Assembly: GCA_963693365.1 (NCBI GenBank)
Contig: CAVNZM010000015.1
Span: forward strand, 5,974,831-6,038,830
Direction: 5' to 3'
DNA: 64,000 nucleotides
Origin: Amoebidium appalachense
Taxonomy: Eukaryota > Protista > Ichthyosporea
Below, in pieces: positions 51,776 to 63,792 of the stretch; position 1 is the stretch's first letter; each line of letters starts with the position of its first letter. A program made the translations under genes and the position numbers. Under the pieces are notes generated by a model. It had not been told where the DNA came from, did not search any database, and saw nothing but the letters and a program-made list of their open reading frames with translations.

Positions 51776-53113
51776 ATTACCGACTCCCCCCCCCCCCCCC
51801 CCCTCCCCGAGTATTACTGAGAGTCTTGCCTGATATAGAATTCGTCTTCACAGTTTCCAAGACTGGGGGCGCGACCGTCACATGGTCACAGGGCAAGCCG
51901 CTGTGGGTAGCGGAACTCAAGAAGGAGGACATTCCGGATCGGCTGCTGCGCTCAAGGCCTGCTGCACCACCCAGTCTGTAGTACTGATGCAGTTGGGCTT
52001 GCATGTTCTGCATGCTTGTTGTTCAGATGGTTTGTGTCATCTCCTCTCAAGGCTATCTTGTGCATGGTTTCTCTTTGGGTTTTCTCTTGTCCGTCATCCC
52101 CGAGAGAAGGGGGGGGGGGGGGAGGAGGCACAGGTCCAACAGTACACTTGGCCACCTGTGTGCACTACGCTGTGACTACTAGAACCGATTGATCTGGGTT
52201 TGTCAGTCGGATTCAAGGGGATAACACAGTTGGGTTGGATAGGATAGCTTTGCTTAAACGTTCGTCACATGGGATTGTAGACATGTTTCTTGATGTTATG
52301 GTGATACCGGTATACGCGGTTCCCCATACCTTCTCCTATATTCCTGCATAACACTCACGACCAGAGCACCTTTGTATACGTAAGCACACAAAACAACCGT
52401 TTACGTAAATAGAGTAAAGTTTAATAACAAGAAACATTGGATTGTAGACATGATAGGACATGCCATGGTCCTGATAATAAAGACCTACCACTAAGGCTGC
52501 AAGCACCAGAGTGTCCATCCGTGTCAGTGCCTTGAGGCAAACGAGTTGACCACCACGGGATTGTGTGTGTTTTTGACAATATGTGTTACTAGCCACTCTT
52601 TCTTTGTGCATGTGACCACCCGTCATGCGTACACATCCAAAAGGACGCAGGCACATGCACTTCCACGAATCCAGCTGTGTGTTCTATTTCTTGTTGTTCA
52701 GCTTCTGAATCGAGAGGCACAGACGTACGGTCGATCCCCACATGAGTGTACTATCCTTAGCACCCCCCCTTCCCCCCCCCCCCCCCTCCCTCCCCTCCCC
52801 CCCCCCCCCCCCAAAAAAAAAAAAAAAGAAAAAAGAATATATATTAATAAAACTAAATACAAGTAATAAAAACACACAAACAACCAACCAACTTGAAACC
52901 CCCCCCCCCCAAATTTTTTTTTTTTAAAATAAATAAATTAAATATAATATAAAAAACACGCACAAACGCACCCCGGCCGCATTGAACTAACCTATGTGAT
53001 GTCTGGCATCTTTTCACACGTGTATGAACCCTTAATTGCCAGGCCTTAAGTGCAAGCAGTGCATTAATTGCGGGCCTCATATATGGCGAAGCATATATGG
53101 CCTCATGCAGCGG

Positions 53114-53723
53114 TGTTGTATAAAAGATCGTGTGTCTGTGACAAACAATATATTTGTAAATGAACGGGGTTGACTAGACCACGCTTTGCTAAGTTACGTG
53201 CTAGTCCTACTTACACCTAGTAAGCCGAGCACACTGAGTGAGCTCTGAAGCCCCCGACATGCCCTTATATCGGAGCTCGCACAGCGGCTCAGACATGCGC
53301 ATCGGTATGTCCTTTTTGGCTACGAGAGCGAATCACATACGGTTCACGGTTCTGTCCCATGGCTATCACGGTTCCAATAAACTTAGTGAGCCAATCGGGT
53401 GACAGTACTTGATTAACGATGCATTCCACAGTCATACCTCACGGCTACTTGCATATTTTCCCATGATAAAACTTATAACATAACGCTCATGGTTCCTCTA
53501 CTATGTGTCGGTCCCATGTGACTATTATATCTGTTTTCCCATGAATAATCCTGCAAGTTGCACGTGCACATATGTTTAACTCCATGCTCATGCGCACAAG
53601 ACTGGGGGGGACATGCATACTGGCCTACCTAAGATCAAACACAGTGGTATATATACATGTACACGTGCGCGTATATCTCAACCTGTGTACATCCATACTA
53701 GATATCCGGTATAATATACCACA
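53114..53723 (-). repeat. 3' LTR of the Gypsy element
   Basis: Minus strand TGTGGTATA...TATACAACA inverted termini; preceded by PPT-like ggtgggg just after the pol stop; second LTR absent. Confidence 0.65.
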
Positions 53724-53763
53724 AGCCCCACCGTAAAAAGAAGTATGTCGTCCTCGACATACG

Positions 53764-55888
53764 TCACCATGCTCCACACAATGAGTCAATGTATCCGTGG
53801 AACGATGCAAGGTCACCTCTGCGTTGGTGGAACTCTCGGATCTTGTCCGGGCAGGCTAAGTCTTTCTCACACTCCCAAGAGGTGAATGATTCATCTTTGC
53901 CTGCCCACTTGATCTGGTACCACTTGTAAGGGGTGGATTGCTTGCGCCGTTTCTGAATTCTTACGTCAAGCACCTTTTCCACCACCCACTCGTCCGGCAG
54001 AACCTTGTTGAAATTGTGTCTATCGCCCGTGTCCGGGAGGTGAGAGAGATCTTGAGGCCGAATCCTATTTTGCTCACTCAATTCAAGCTGAATATCGTCC
54101 ACGTGCCACTTAGATTTCTTCATAGTTGCTAAGCTTCGGATCTCGTACGTGACCGGGCCGACCCTTTTGACGATTTCGTAACCCGTAATCCACCGTACAT
54201 CCCAGGCACCGATATTTTTGGCTTGATTCCGAACACGAATCCGTGCACCCTTCTTAAATTCACGAGCCACCGAGGGGCCTGGGGGCTCTCGTACGGCACG
54301 TTGCTGGACCACAGCACGGAGCAGAGGCAGACGGGCTAGTAACTCTCGCCGGTATGCCTTCCACTCTGGGTCCTTGAGTGCCGGGTGGTTACTGCTAAGA
54401 AGGGCAACGTCAGGGAATTGTGTTGCTTCTTGCCCGTACACAAGATAATACGGTGTACATTGCAAAATCATTTTGTGTGTTGTTGTGTTGTATGCATGTG
54501 TAACCACCGGCAACAGAGTGTCCCAATTAGTGTGCTCATAATTAACGTACTTTGAGAGTGCATTATTAATAAATCTATGAGGCCGTTCATTGGAACCGTT
54601 GCTTTGTGGGTGATATGCAGAGGTGCTCACTTGTGCAATATTTGCTATACGGCAAACCTCAACAATTAGCTCATTGAGAAATTCTGATCCTTGATCACTC
54701 AAGAGTGTACGAGGGGGGCCGTGTATATAGCAAATTACATTCATGAGTGCATGTGCAACATTAACGGCATGCGTAGATTGGATGGGCACAGTGATTAAAT
54801 ACTTCGTGGCCATATCCATAAACACACAAATGAAAGTATTACCATTTTTCGTTTCTGTGAACGGACCCATAAGGTCAACAGAAACACGAGAGAACATTTT
54901 TAAATTTTCGTATCTCTGTTCAAATGGCCTACTTCTCAAGTGTGGGTTATCGTTACGGCCTTGGCACTGTGTGCAGGCATTCACATAAGCAGTGATATCT
55001 TTGTGCATGCGTGGCCAATAGTAATTGTATAATCTTTCGTAAGTTCGTTCAATGCCAGTATGAGCCCCCCCGTCGTGCACACTTCTTAATAAATCAGCAC
55101 GAAGGATTTCGGGCACATATAGGCAACGACGACCATCCTTAGCCACATGATAAAGCACGTCATCCTCTATCACACACATTTGTGCTATTTTCTTAACCTT
55201 TTTGTATCCGAAATACTCAAGATTAAGACCGTGTGCAGCTCGTTCCCCCCCTGCCTGCCATTCCCGTTTGGCCTCAGCATCGAGGGAGGCAAGCCACCGG
55301 AGCCACGTGATTATATCCTTACACATTTTGTCCCCCCCCTGTGCCATCATAATTGCTTCCTTCTGATAGCCGGCACCACCGAGTGCAGAAAGGGAGGGCA
55401 GGCCGGCTTGACTGAGTGCAGAAATTTGTGCACATTTCAAGCGGTCTGGATCGAAAATGTGTGTGAATTCGAGTGCATCACCCCAATCAACAAACACTTC
55501 GGCTGGTTTCGAGCGAAGCTCGGATAGATCTGCTGTGAGAACCTCTTGTAATTCCTTTTTCACATCCCACCTTTCCAGTGGTATGTTTTCGTTCTCATGC
55601 AGAATATATCCTATACGGCTTAACCCATCAGCATCGTGCATGGTAGGGCCAGGATGGTAGTATAGATCGAAATCATACTCCTGCATTTCCAAAGCCCACC
55701 GTTGCATCCGTTCGTTTGCTATCCGTTTGACACCTTTAAGAGAAAGACAGGGCTTATGGTCACTTTCCACAATAGTATTCACTCGACCATACTATATATA
55801 TAGTACACGTACACCCTAAACTCTTTCAGTGCCCAATAGATTGCATGCGTTTCTCGTTCGATGTTGCTCCACCTACGTTCGGTAGGTT
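53764..55888 (-). CDS. Ty3/Gypsy pol 3' half: RNase H, integrase, chromodomain (5'-truncated by the telomere)
   Basis: PTERRWSNIERETHAIYWALKEF..SDHKP..RWALEMQEYDF..ADGLSR; HDGGAHTG..CTQC; VDLMGP, SDQGSEF, YHPQSNGSNER; WVVEKVLDVR..YQIKWAG..SWE chromodomain. Confidence 0.93.
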
Positions 55889-56042
55889 GGGGTTAGGGTT
55901 TAGGGTTTAGGGTTTAGGGTTTAGGGTTAGGGTTTAGGGTTTAGGGTTTAGGGTTTAGGGTTTAGGGTTTAGGGTTTAGGGTTTAGGGTTAGGGTTTAGG
56001 GGTTAGGGTTTAGGGTTAGGGTTTAGGGTTAGGGTTTAGGGT

Positions 56043-56075
<33 letters not shown>

Positions 56076-56121
56076 TAGGGTTTAGGGTTAGGGTTTAGGG
56101 GTTAGGGTTAGGGTTTAGGGT

Positions 56122-56154
<33 letters not shown>

Positions 56155-56809
56155 TAGGGTTTAGGGTTAGGGTTTAGGGTTTAGGGTTTAGGGTTTAGGG
56201 TTTAGGGTTTAGGGTTTAGGTTTAGGGTTTAGGGTTTAGGGTTTAGGGTTTAGGGTTTAGGGTTTAGGGTTTAGGTTTAGGGTTTAGGGTTTAGGGTTTA
56301 GGGTTTAGGGTTTAGGGTTTAGGTTTAGGGTTTAGGTTTAGGGTTTAGGGTTTAGGGTTTAGGGTTTAGGGTTTAGGGTTTAGGTTTAGGGTTTAGGGTT
56401 TAGGTTTAGGGTTTGGGGTTTGGGGTTTAGGTTTAGGGTTTGGGTTTAGGGTTTAGGTTTAGGGTTTGGGGTTTAGGGTTTGGGTTTGGGGTTTAGGGTT
56501 TGGGGTTTAGGGTTTAGGGTTTAGGGTTGGGGTTTAGGGTTTGGGTGGTTAGGTTTAGGGTTTGGGGTTTAGGGTTTAGGGTTTAGGTTTAGGGTTTAGG
56601 GTGGGTTAGGGTTTGGGGTTTGGGGTTTAGGGTTTAGGGTTTAGGTTTAGGTTTGGGGTTTAGGGTTTAGGGGTTTAGGGTTAGGGTTAGGGTTTAGGGT
56701 TTGGGGTTTGGGGTTTAGGGTTTAGGGTTTAGGGTTAGGGTTTAGGGTTTAGGGTTTAGGGTTTAGGGTTTAGGGTTTAGGGTTTAGGGGTTTAGGGGTT
56801 TAGGGTTTA
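55889..56809 (+). repeat. Telomeric array (TTTAGGG)n mixed with TTAGGG; variant-rich distal half
   Basis: About 920 bp of G-strand repeats, oriented as a right chromosome end. Confidence 0.97.
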
Positions 56810-57154
56810 ATCTAGTTCGGGGGGCCCAGTCTAGTTATTTCATCTCGCCCCCTCCTCTCTACTCTTACTTGAAGCTTGTGTCACGATATAAGATGAAAAT
56901 AAAAATCCTAAATACAGAAGATGTCAAAATCCAAAAATGGAGGTCTCAATTTGGAAAATTGTCAAAAATCCGGAAAATCGTCAATTTTGTAATTTTATAG
57001 ATCAGAATTTTGGTACCTACGGAAATCGACGGAACTTTCGCGGTGCTCCAATTTCTGGACTTAATAAAAATCTTCAAAGGAATTTTAATGTAATGAAGGA
57101 AAAGTACTATAGTAATAGTACTCTAAGAGTAGGAAAGAAAAATTGTAAGATAGA

Positions 57155-58842
57155 AAATAGAGAAAGGATTTGATTTTGGTCCAGAGAAGAGGTAGTCGTC
57201 GGAATTACACATGCGAATAAAGTATCGTAAGATACTGTGAACGGGTGAGTAAGGTATAGGAATCTACCCTGTGTTACATTAATGGATACAGGATGAGCCT
57301 ATATTGTATTAGCTAGTTGGTAGGGTAATGGCCTACCAAGGCAATGATGCATAGCCAGATTGGAAGATCGTTTGGCCACATGGGAACTGAGACAAGGACC
57401 CAGGTTCGTAAAGAATGCAGCAGTGAGGAATGTTGGGCAATTAGCGAGAGCTAGACCCAGTCTTGACGAGTGGAGGAAGAAGGCTATAAGTCGTAAACTC
57501 TAATAGCCTTGGTAAGAATGATACCAAGGTGGAAAAAGGCTGACAAAGATCTGTGCCAGCAGTCGCGGGAATACAGGCAGCTTAAATCTATCTCAGTATG
57601 AATAGGCGTAAAGGGTGCGTAGACGGTTAAAGAATCACGAACAGCAGATGAAAGATTCTGGGGTTCGTCGAGTATTGACTAGAGTTAGAAAGAGGATAAT
57701 GGAATTTCCAGTGTAGGGATAAAATCTGTTAATATTGGAAGGAACACCAAAGGCGAAGGCAATTATCTGGTTCTATACTGACGTTGAGGCACGAAGGCTC
57801 AGGGAGAAAAGGGAATTAGATACTCCTGTATTCTGAGCTGTAAACGATGAACGTTCCAATTTGGAGGAATTCAGATTGTGAGAGAACTCATTAAACGTTC
57901 CGCCTGAAGAGTACAAGTGCAAACTCGAAACTCAAAAAAATTGCGGGTTGGTTTTTCAATCAGTGGATCATGTGGTTTAATTCGACGGTACGCGCGAAAC
58001 CTTACCAAGTCTTGCATCTTGAAGTCCAACTTCTTGACAAGTGTTGCATGGCTGCTTTCAGTTCGTGCTTTGAGGTGTTTGGTTAATTCCCTTTAACGAA
58101 CGCAACCCCGGATCTAACTATGAGTTACTCGACAGAGTAAGTGGCTAGAAATAGTCCTCACTCAATTAGATCACAACTCGTTTTCATTATGTTACGAGAG
58201 GTAGCAAGGGATAACAGCAAGTTGCATGGCCTTTATGACTTGGGCTACACACGTGATACAATGGTTACTACAATCTGAAGCTTTCTCGTGAGAGATAAGC
58301 CAAGAAGTAAACGTAATCATAGTACGGATTTAAGTCTGAAACTCGACTTAATGAAGCAGGAATTGACAGTAATCGGAGAGTAGACGCGTTCCGGTGAAGA
58401 GCATCCAAACCAAACGACAAACCGCTCGAATGGGCCTTGTAAGATTTTTTCCTTACATTGCAGTTGGCTATATGCTAGAAACTATCGTTGCATTCATGTA
58501 TGCATAAGTGTTATCTACTCTGGTTGTATCTAAGAGTTACAATGATGTACACGAGGTACAATTAGCAGGAAACCCACAGTTATAATATAACTTACTAGGA
58601 TCCTCAGAGACTACACGCCAACCATCTTATATTAACGAGATGAAGATATAGTCCATAGTAAATTAGTAAAGGTCTAACTATTAGTTTACTAGCGTCAAGC
58701 TGAGAAAGGGTTAGTTCGATGAAGACAATCCATGTTAAAGTTTCATACCTGAGGCTTTGATATTGATTGGTTAGTCTGACGACCTAATTTTGGTTAAGTC
58801 GAAACAAGGTAACGGCATCGGAAGCTGCCGTTGGCTGAAATG
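57155..58842 (+). rRNA. rns: Mitochondrial small-subunit rRNA (divergent), interrupted by a group I intron
   Basis: Ordered SSU landmarks: atttgatttt, acacatgc, gtgccagcagtcgcgg, aattagatact, aaactcaaaaaaattg, gaaccttacc, gggctacacacgtg, accgct|cgtca, aagtcgaaacaaggtaac. Confidence 0.93.
58427..58692 (+). ncRNA. Group I intron (IB-like, no ORF) in rns at about E. coli position 1403
   Basis: Exons rejoin as acaaaccgct|cgtcaagc; U.G pair in P1 (gctc-gaat-gggc); P3 gttggc/gccaac; Q ttagcagg; R tcagagactac; S aagatatagtcc; terminal G. Confidence 0.88.
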
Positions 58843-59114
58843 TATGAATGTATTTAGAACCGCAACTAAATCCTCATACTTACCACTCTCTCTGTGGTTG
58901 TACTTTGTTATTTTGTACCTAGTCGTCACAATAACAAAGTTGTACTCTTATCAGAATATCGTTCGCCTACGCTGAAGGTCCCGAGCGAGTACGATATTAA
59001 AATATCGTTCGCTGAAAGTCCCGAGCGAGTACGATATCAGAATAACAAAATCACCAATAACACATCATTACGCATGATCAATAGGAGGAAGAGTCCTTGA
59101 GGCTAACCCTAACA

Positions 59115-59280
59115 GACGTAAAGGGTGCGTAGACGCGTTTAATAATCTCTACCCGAATCTTGCTGATGTGAGTAGAGTATTGACTAGAGTTAGAAAGAGG
59201 ATAATGGAAATCTTTATTAATAAAGATGGCACCAATGGCGAAAGCAATTATCTGGTTCTATACTGACGTTGAGGCACGAT
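59115..59280 (+). pseudogene. Duplicated rns fragment (copy of ~57606-57793); second small piece at ~59650
   Basis: cgtaaagggtgcgtagacg..agtattgactagagttagaaagaggataatggaa..gcaattatctggttctatactgacgttgaggcacga. Confidence 0.85.
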
Positions 59281-59709
59281 GCTGAGAAAATAGAGTCCAC
59301 TCCTTTCTCATTTAAGCAAACAACAATGTGGAATATTATTTAATAGCCCATTCGGCCGACATACCGTGTAGTGTTGCATCTTCATAATATTAAAAGTTTT
59401 GAACCTAAGCAACATTCAGTTATTAAGTAATAATAGTTGAGTATTAGTGTAGTAATTCTGTGGAGTAGTACCACCTTAGTCGAACCTGCACAATATATCC
59501 TATACGTTTGGAATTTATGACAACTTATTAGGAATACACATCATTACGCATGATCAATAGGAGGAAGAGTCCTATCTTCGGTGCCAACGCATCGGGGGGA
59601 GCCAACTACTATACCAATAGAAGGAAGAGTCCTAGGGTTACACTACTAGACGTAAAGGGTGCGTCGAGAGTCTTCTCGAATGATCTGATTATCTGTGACG
59701 ATGGTCTGA

Positions 59710-60152
59710 TCGGGTGAATTACCAGAGGCGAGTCAAGAGTCTTCTCGGGTGAATTACCAGAGGCGAGTCAAGAGTCTTCTCGGGTGAATTACCAGAGGCG
59801 AGTCAAGAGTCTTCTCGGGTGAATTGCGAGTTTCGAGTTACGAGTCCTAGACGAGTTTGGGCTCCTCAGAGTGGAGCACCGCGAAAGTTCCGTAGGCTTC
59901 CGTAGGTACCCAAGAGCATAAGTTTCTTAGCGATAAGGCTCTTTAGAGCCTCTCACAACGAGCTTGTCGTCATATGATGACAAGAGCATAAGACTCTTCT
60001 CTTAGCGAGAAGGCTCTATGGAGACTCTACCAGAGGCGAGTCAAGAGTCTTCTCGGGTGAATTACCAGAGGTGAGTCAAGAGTCTTCTCGGGTAAATTAC
60101 CAGAGGCGAGTCGAGAGTCTTCTCGGGTGAATTACCAGAGGCGAGTCGAGAG
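59710..60152. repeat. 35-bp tandem repeat in two blocks
   Basis: gggtgaattaccagaggcgagtcaagagtcttctc head-to-tail at 59712-59825 and ~60025-60150. Confidence 0.9.
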
Positions 60153-60777
60153 TCTGATCGAAGGGTCTGTGACTATGGTCTGAGAGAGTAGTCTTGAAGA
60201 TACCGCCATAAAGATGTTAGGTAAGAATTCGGATGCCACATTTGGATGTATGTACATTTATTTCACAGTACAATTGAGCGATGATAACATTATCGAGTTT
60301 ATACCTATGTAGTTTAATAGGATTACCAGGTATAGCTAGAGTGCTTCATTTAAGAACATCAGCGTCAATTGGATCGGCTTCAGCTAACACTGGAGTGTCT
60401 GCTATAATAGGAGAAGCGAACATGGTATCCCAAGATACTGATGCTTTCGTAGCTACTATGTTTAAGCCAGTGGCTTAATTCTAGCATCGTAGTTCCATAT
60501 TACATATGTTCTAATCCGAAAACCTTTACCCTGTCAATGGGTATCATCTTTCGTTCACAGATTTTGGATGAGTTTATTTAGAAGTAGGGTTTCGTTTGGT
60601 AAGCCATTCTATACCGTATTACTAAATCGTAGCTTGTCGCCACTCTAACCTTGTAAGTTTTCTCGAGTCGATGGGACGTCGTCTGTTGATTAGATGGTGC
60701 GCTGGTTTCAGTTTAAATACTGCTACTCGTGTTAGTGTTGCTTTGGGTTTATCCTTTGGAATTCCATTAGGGGTTGT

Positions 60778-61200
60778 CTTGCGTTGGTTTAGTCTTCATG
60801 GTGTGAACGTCTTGGGTTGGTCATTATGCGTTGGTGTGAACTTCTTGGGTTGGTCATCTTGCGTTGATGTGAACTTCTTGGTTTAGTCGTTCTGCGTTGA
60901 TGTGAACGTCTTGGTTTAGTCGTTCTGCGTTGGTGTGAACTTCTTGCGTTGATGTGAACGTCTTGGGTTGGTCATTATGCGTTGGTGTGAACTTCTTGGG
61001 TTGGTCATTATGCGTTGGTGTGAACGTCTTGGGTTGGTCATTATGCGTTGGTGTGAACGTCTTGGGTTGGTCATTATGCGTTGGTGTGAACTTCTTGCGT
61101 TGGTTTAGTCTTCGTGGTGTGAACGTCTTGGGTTGGTCGTCATGCGTTGGTGTGAACGTGTTGGGTTGGTCGTCATGCGTTGGTGTGAACGTGTTGGGAT
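60778..61200. repeat. 33-bp tandem repeat (TFTPTHNDQPK on the minus strand)
   Basis: tgcgttggtgtgaacgtcttgggttggtcatta and variants. Confidence 0.9.
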
Positions 61201-61339
61201 AAGTCATTAATGATAGGTATTCTTAGATATATGGCATTGATACAAGTATAAGGGCAATAATTTTATTCAGATTTAAAGAGTAGAATACTTAGGATAAAAA
61301 TTATAGCTTGTCACAAATAGAATTTTGTAAATTTTGTTC

Positions 61340-63590
61340 TCCCTAAATGGCTTAAAAATGATCACTATCATGAAAAGGTGCGCCTCAAATACCTATTCCC
61401 CCCCGGAACATTTCTAGCCAGGAGAGTATCCTACCATTTAGTTAGAGCTTACTATTAAAATTCCTCACTAACTAAAGGTACCAAGGGGAATAAATTTTCG
61501 ATAAAAGACACGAAATTTTACTTGAAAATAAGGTGCATGTAACCACTTTGGTATCTTGTAAAAGGCTGAAAATGCTCACTGCCATGAAAAGGTGCGCCTC
61601 GAATACCTATTCCCCCCCAGAGGCTCCCAACCCAGAAGAGTATCCTACCATCTAACCCGAGCTAACTATTGAAATTCCTCACTAATGTGGGTTAAGAAAA
61701 GAATAAAATTTCTATGAAAGATACTAAATTTTTCTTTGAGATGAGGGGGGATGTAACCCCTTTTGTCCCTTGCAAATAGCTTAAATTTACTCACTATGCT
61801 AAAAAGGTGCGCCTCAAATACCTATTCCCCCCCGGAACAATTCTAGCCAGGAGAGTCTCCTACCATTTAGTTAGAGCTAACTATGGAAATTCCTCACTAA
61901 CTAAGGGTACCAAGGGGGATAAAATTTATAGGAAAGACACTAAAATTTTCTTGAAAATAAGGTGCTTGTCACAAATAGAATTTTATAAATTTTAGTTTTT
62001 TGGAAATGGCTGAAAATCCTCGCTATGTAAAAAGGGTTTACCTATAATACCTGACTCCCCCCCGGAACAAATCTAGCCAGGAGAGTATCCTATCATTTAG
62101 GACGAGCTTAGTATTGAAATTCCTCACTAACTAAAGGTATAAAGGTAAATAAAATTTATAGGTAAGACACTAAATTTTCCTAGAAAATAAGGTGCATGTA
62201 ACCACTTTTATCTCACCAAAATGGCTGAAAAATCCTCGCTATGAAAAAAGGGTTTACCTATAATACCTAACTCCCCCCCGGAAGCTAGCTAACCCGGAGA
62301 GTATCCTATCATCTAGGACTAGCTAAGTATTAAAATTCCTCACTAATGTGGGTTAAGAAAAGAAATAAAATTTATAGGAAAGATACTAAATTTTTCTGGA
62401 AATAGAGGGGGATGTAACCACTTTTGTATTTAGTAAATGGCTGAAAAACAGTCACTGTCATTTAAAGGTTTACCTCGAATACCTAGCTCCCCCCGGAACA
62501 AGTCTAGCCATGAAAGTATCCTACCATTTAGGACGAGCTTAGTGTTGAAATTCCTCACTAATAGAGATTAATAAATTGAATAAAATTTATATAAAAGATA
62601 CTCATTTTATCTGGAAAATAAGGTGCATGTAACAAATCGAATTTTGTCAATTTCATTATTTAGTAAATGGCTGAGAATGCTCTTTGTAATTTTAAGGTTT
62701 ACCTCGAATACCTAGCTCCCCCCCGGAACAATTCTAGCCAGGAGAGTATACTACCATTAAGTTGGCGCTTAGTGTTGAAATGACTCACTAATAGAATTAA
62801 AAATTCTAAGAAAATGGCTATGAAAGACACTCATTTTCTCTTAAAAATAAGGTGCATGTAATAACTTTTGTAATTCATAAATGGCTGAAATTGTTCTCTA
62901 TAAAGAAAGGGTTTACCTATAATACCTAACCCCCCCCCGGAAGCTAGCTGACGAGGAGAGTATCCGACCATTTAGGACGAGCTTACTATGGAAATTCCTC
63001 ACTAATGGGGGTTAAGAAAAGAAAATAAATTAAAATTAAATTTAAATGAAAGACACAAATAATACCTAGCTCCCCCCCGACGCATTTTGTAGTAAATACT
63101 AAATCTTGGTTTGGGGAAGTGGCTGAAAATACTCACTATCATTTTAAGGTTTACCTATAATACCTAACCCCCCCCCCGGAAGCTAGCTGACGAGGGGAGT
63201 CTCCGACCATTTAGGACGAGCTTACTATGGAAATTACTCACTAATGGAGGTTAAGAGAAGAAAATAAATTAAAATTAAATTTCAATGAAAGACACAAATA
63301 ATACCTATTCCCCCCCCGACGCATTTTGTTGTCCGACGAATTTTAATTTAGCTATAATACCTGGTCCCCCCCGAAATACCTAGCTCCCCCCGACGGCTCA
63401 TTTCAAAATAATACTTAGTCCCCCCCCCCGAAATACCTATCCCCCCCCGAAGAACCTAGTATTTAGCTGAAAATCGATACGACCCATAATACCTAGTCCC
63501 CCCCCGAAATACCTATTACCCCCCGAACACCAATTTAGCTATAATACCTAGTCCCCCCCGAAATACCTAGCTCCCCCCGAACACCAATTT
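61340..63590. repeat. Subterminal array: about 9 copies of a ~220-bp unit, then short aatacctagtcccccccga repeats
   Basis: aaatggctgaaaa..atacct..cccccccggaa..gagtatcctaccattt..aaattcctcactaa at ~61345, 61561, 61775, 62005, 62219, 62435, 62665, 62879, 63118. Confidence 0.9.
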
Positions 63591-63792
63591 CTAAATTCTC
63601 CACTACCTATTACATGCCTAGAATAAGGTTGTAAGTGCTACATTGAGTGCTAGATTAACCTGTAACCGCTTCATTGAGCTCTTCGCTTGCGCTAGCTACG
63701 AGCTCTGGTGAAGCTCTGCCCTGCTATACTACTTACCAACTTAAAATTGTCCTCCTTCTATTCAAGAATCTCCACCCTCCCCCTCCCTAGTT

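Noticed and set aside
57155-58842. Bacterial 16S rRNA from a symbiont or contaminant
   Set aside because: Highly divergent, AT-rich, no anti-Shine-Dalgarno CCTCCT, organellar-type group I intron, no rRNA operon context
59345-59370. tRNA gene (minus strand ggtatgtcggccgaatgg)
   Set aside because: Only a 5'/D-arm-like fragment; no complete cloverleaf could be built
59710-60152. 35-bp repeats as a CRISPR array
   Set aside because: Units are head-to-tail with no unique spacers, no cas genes, organellar context
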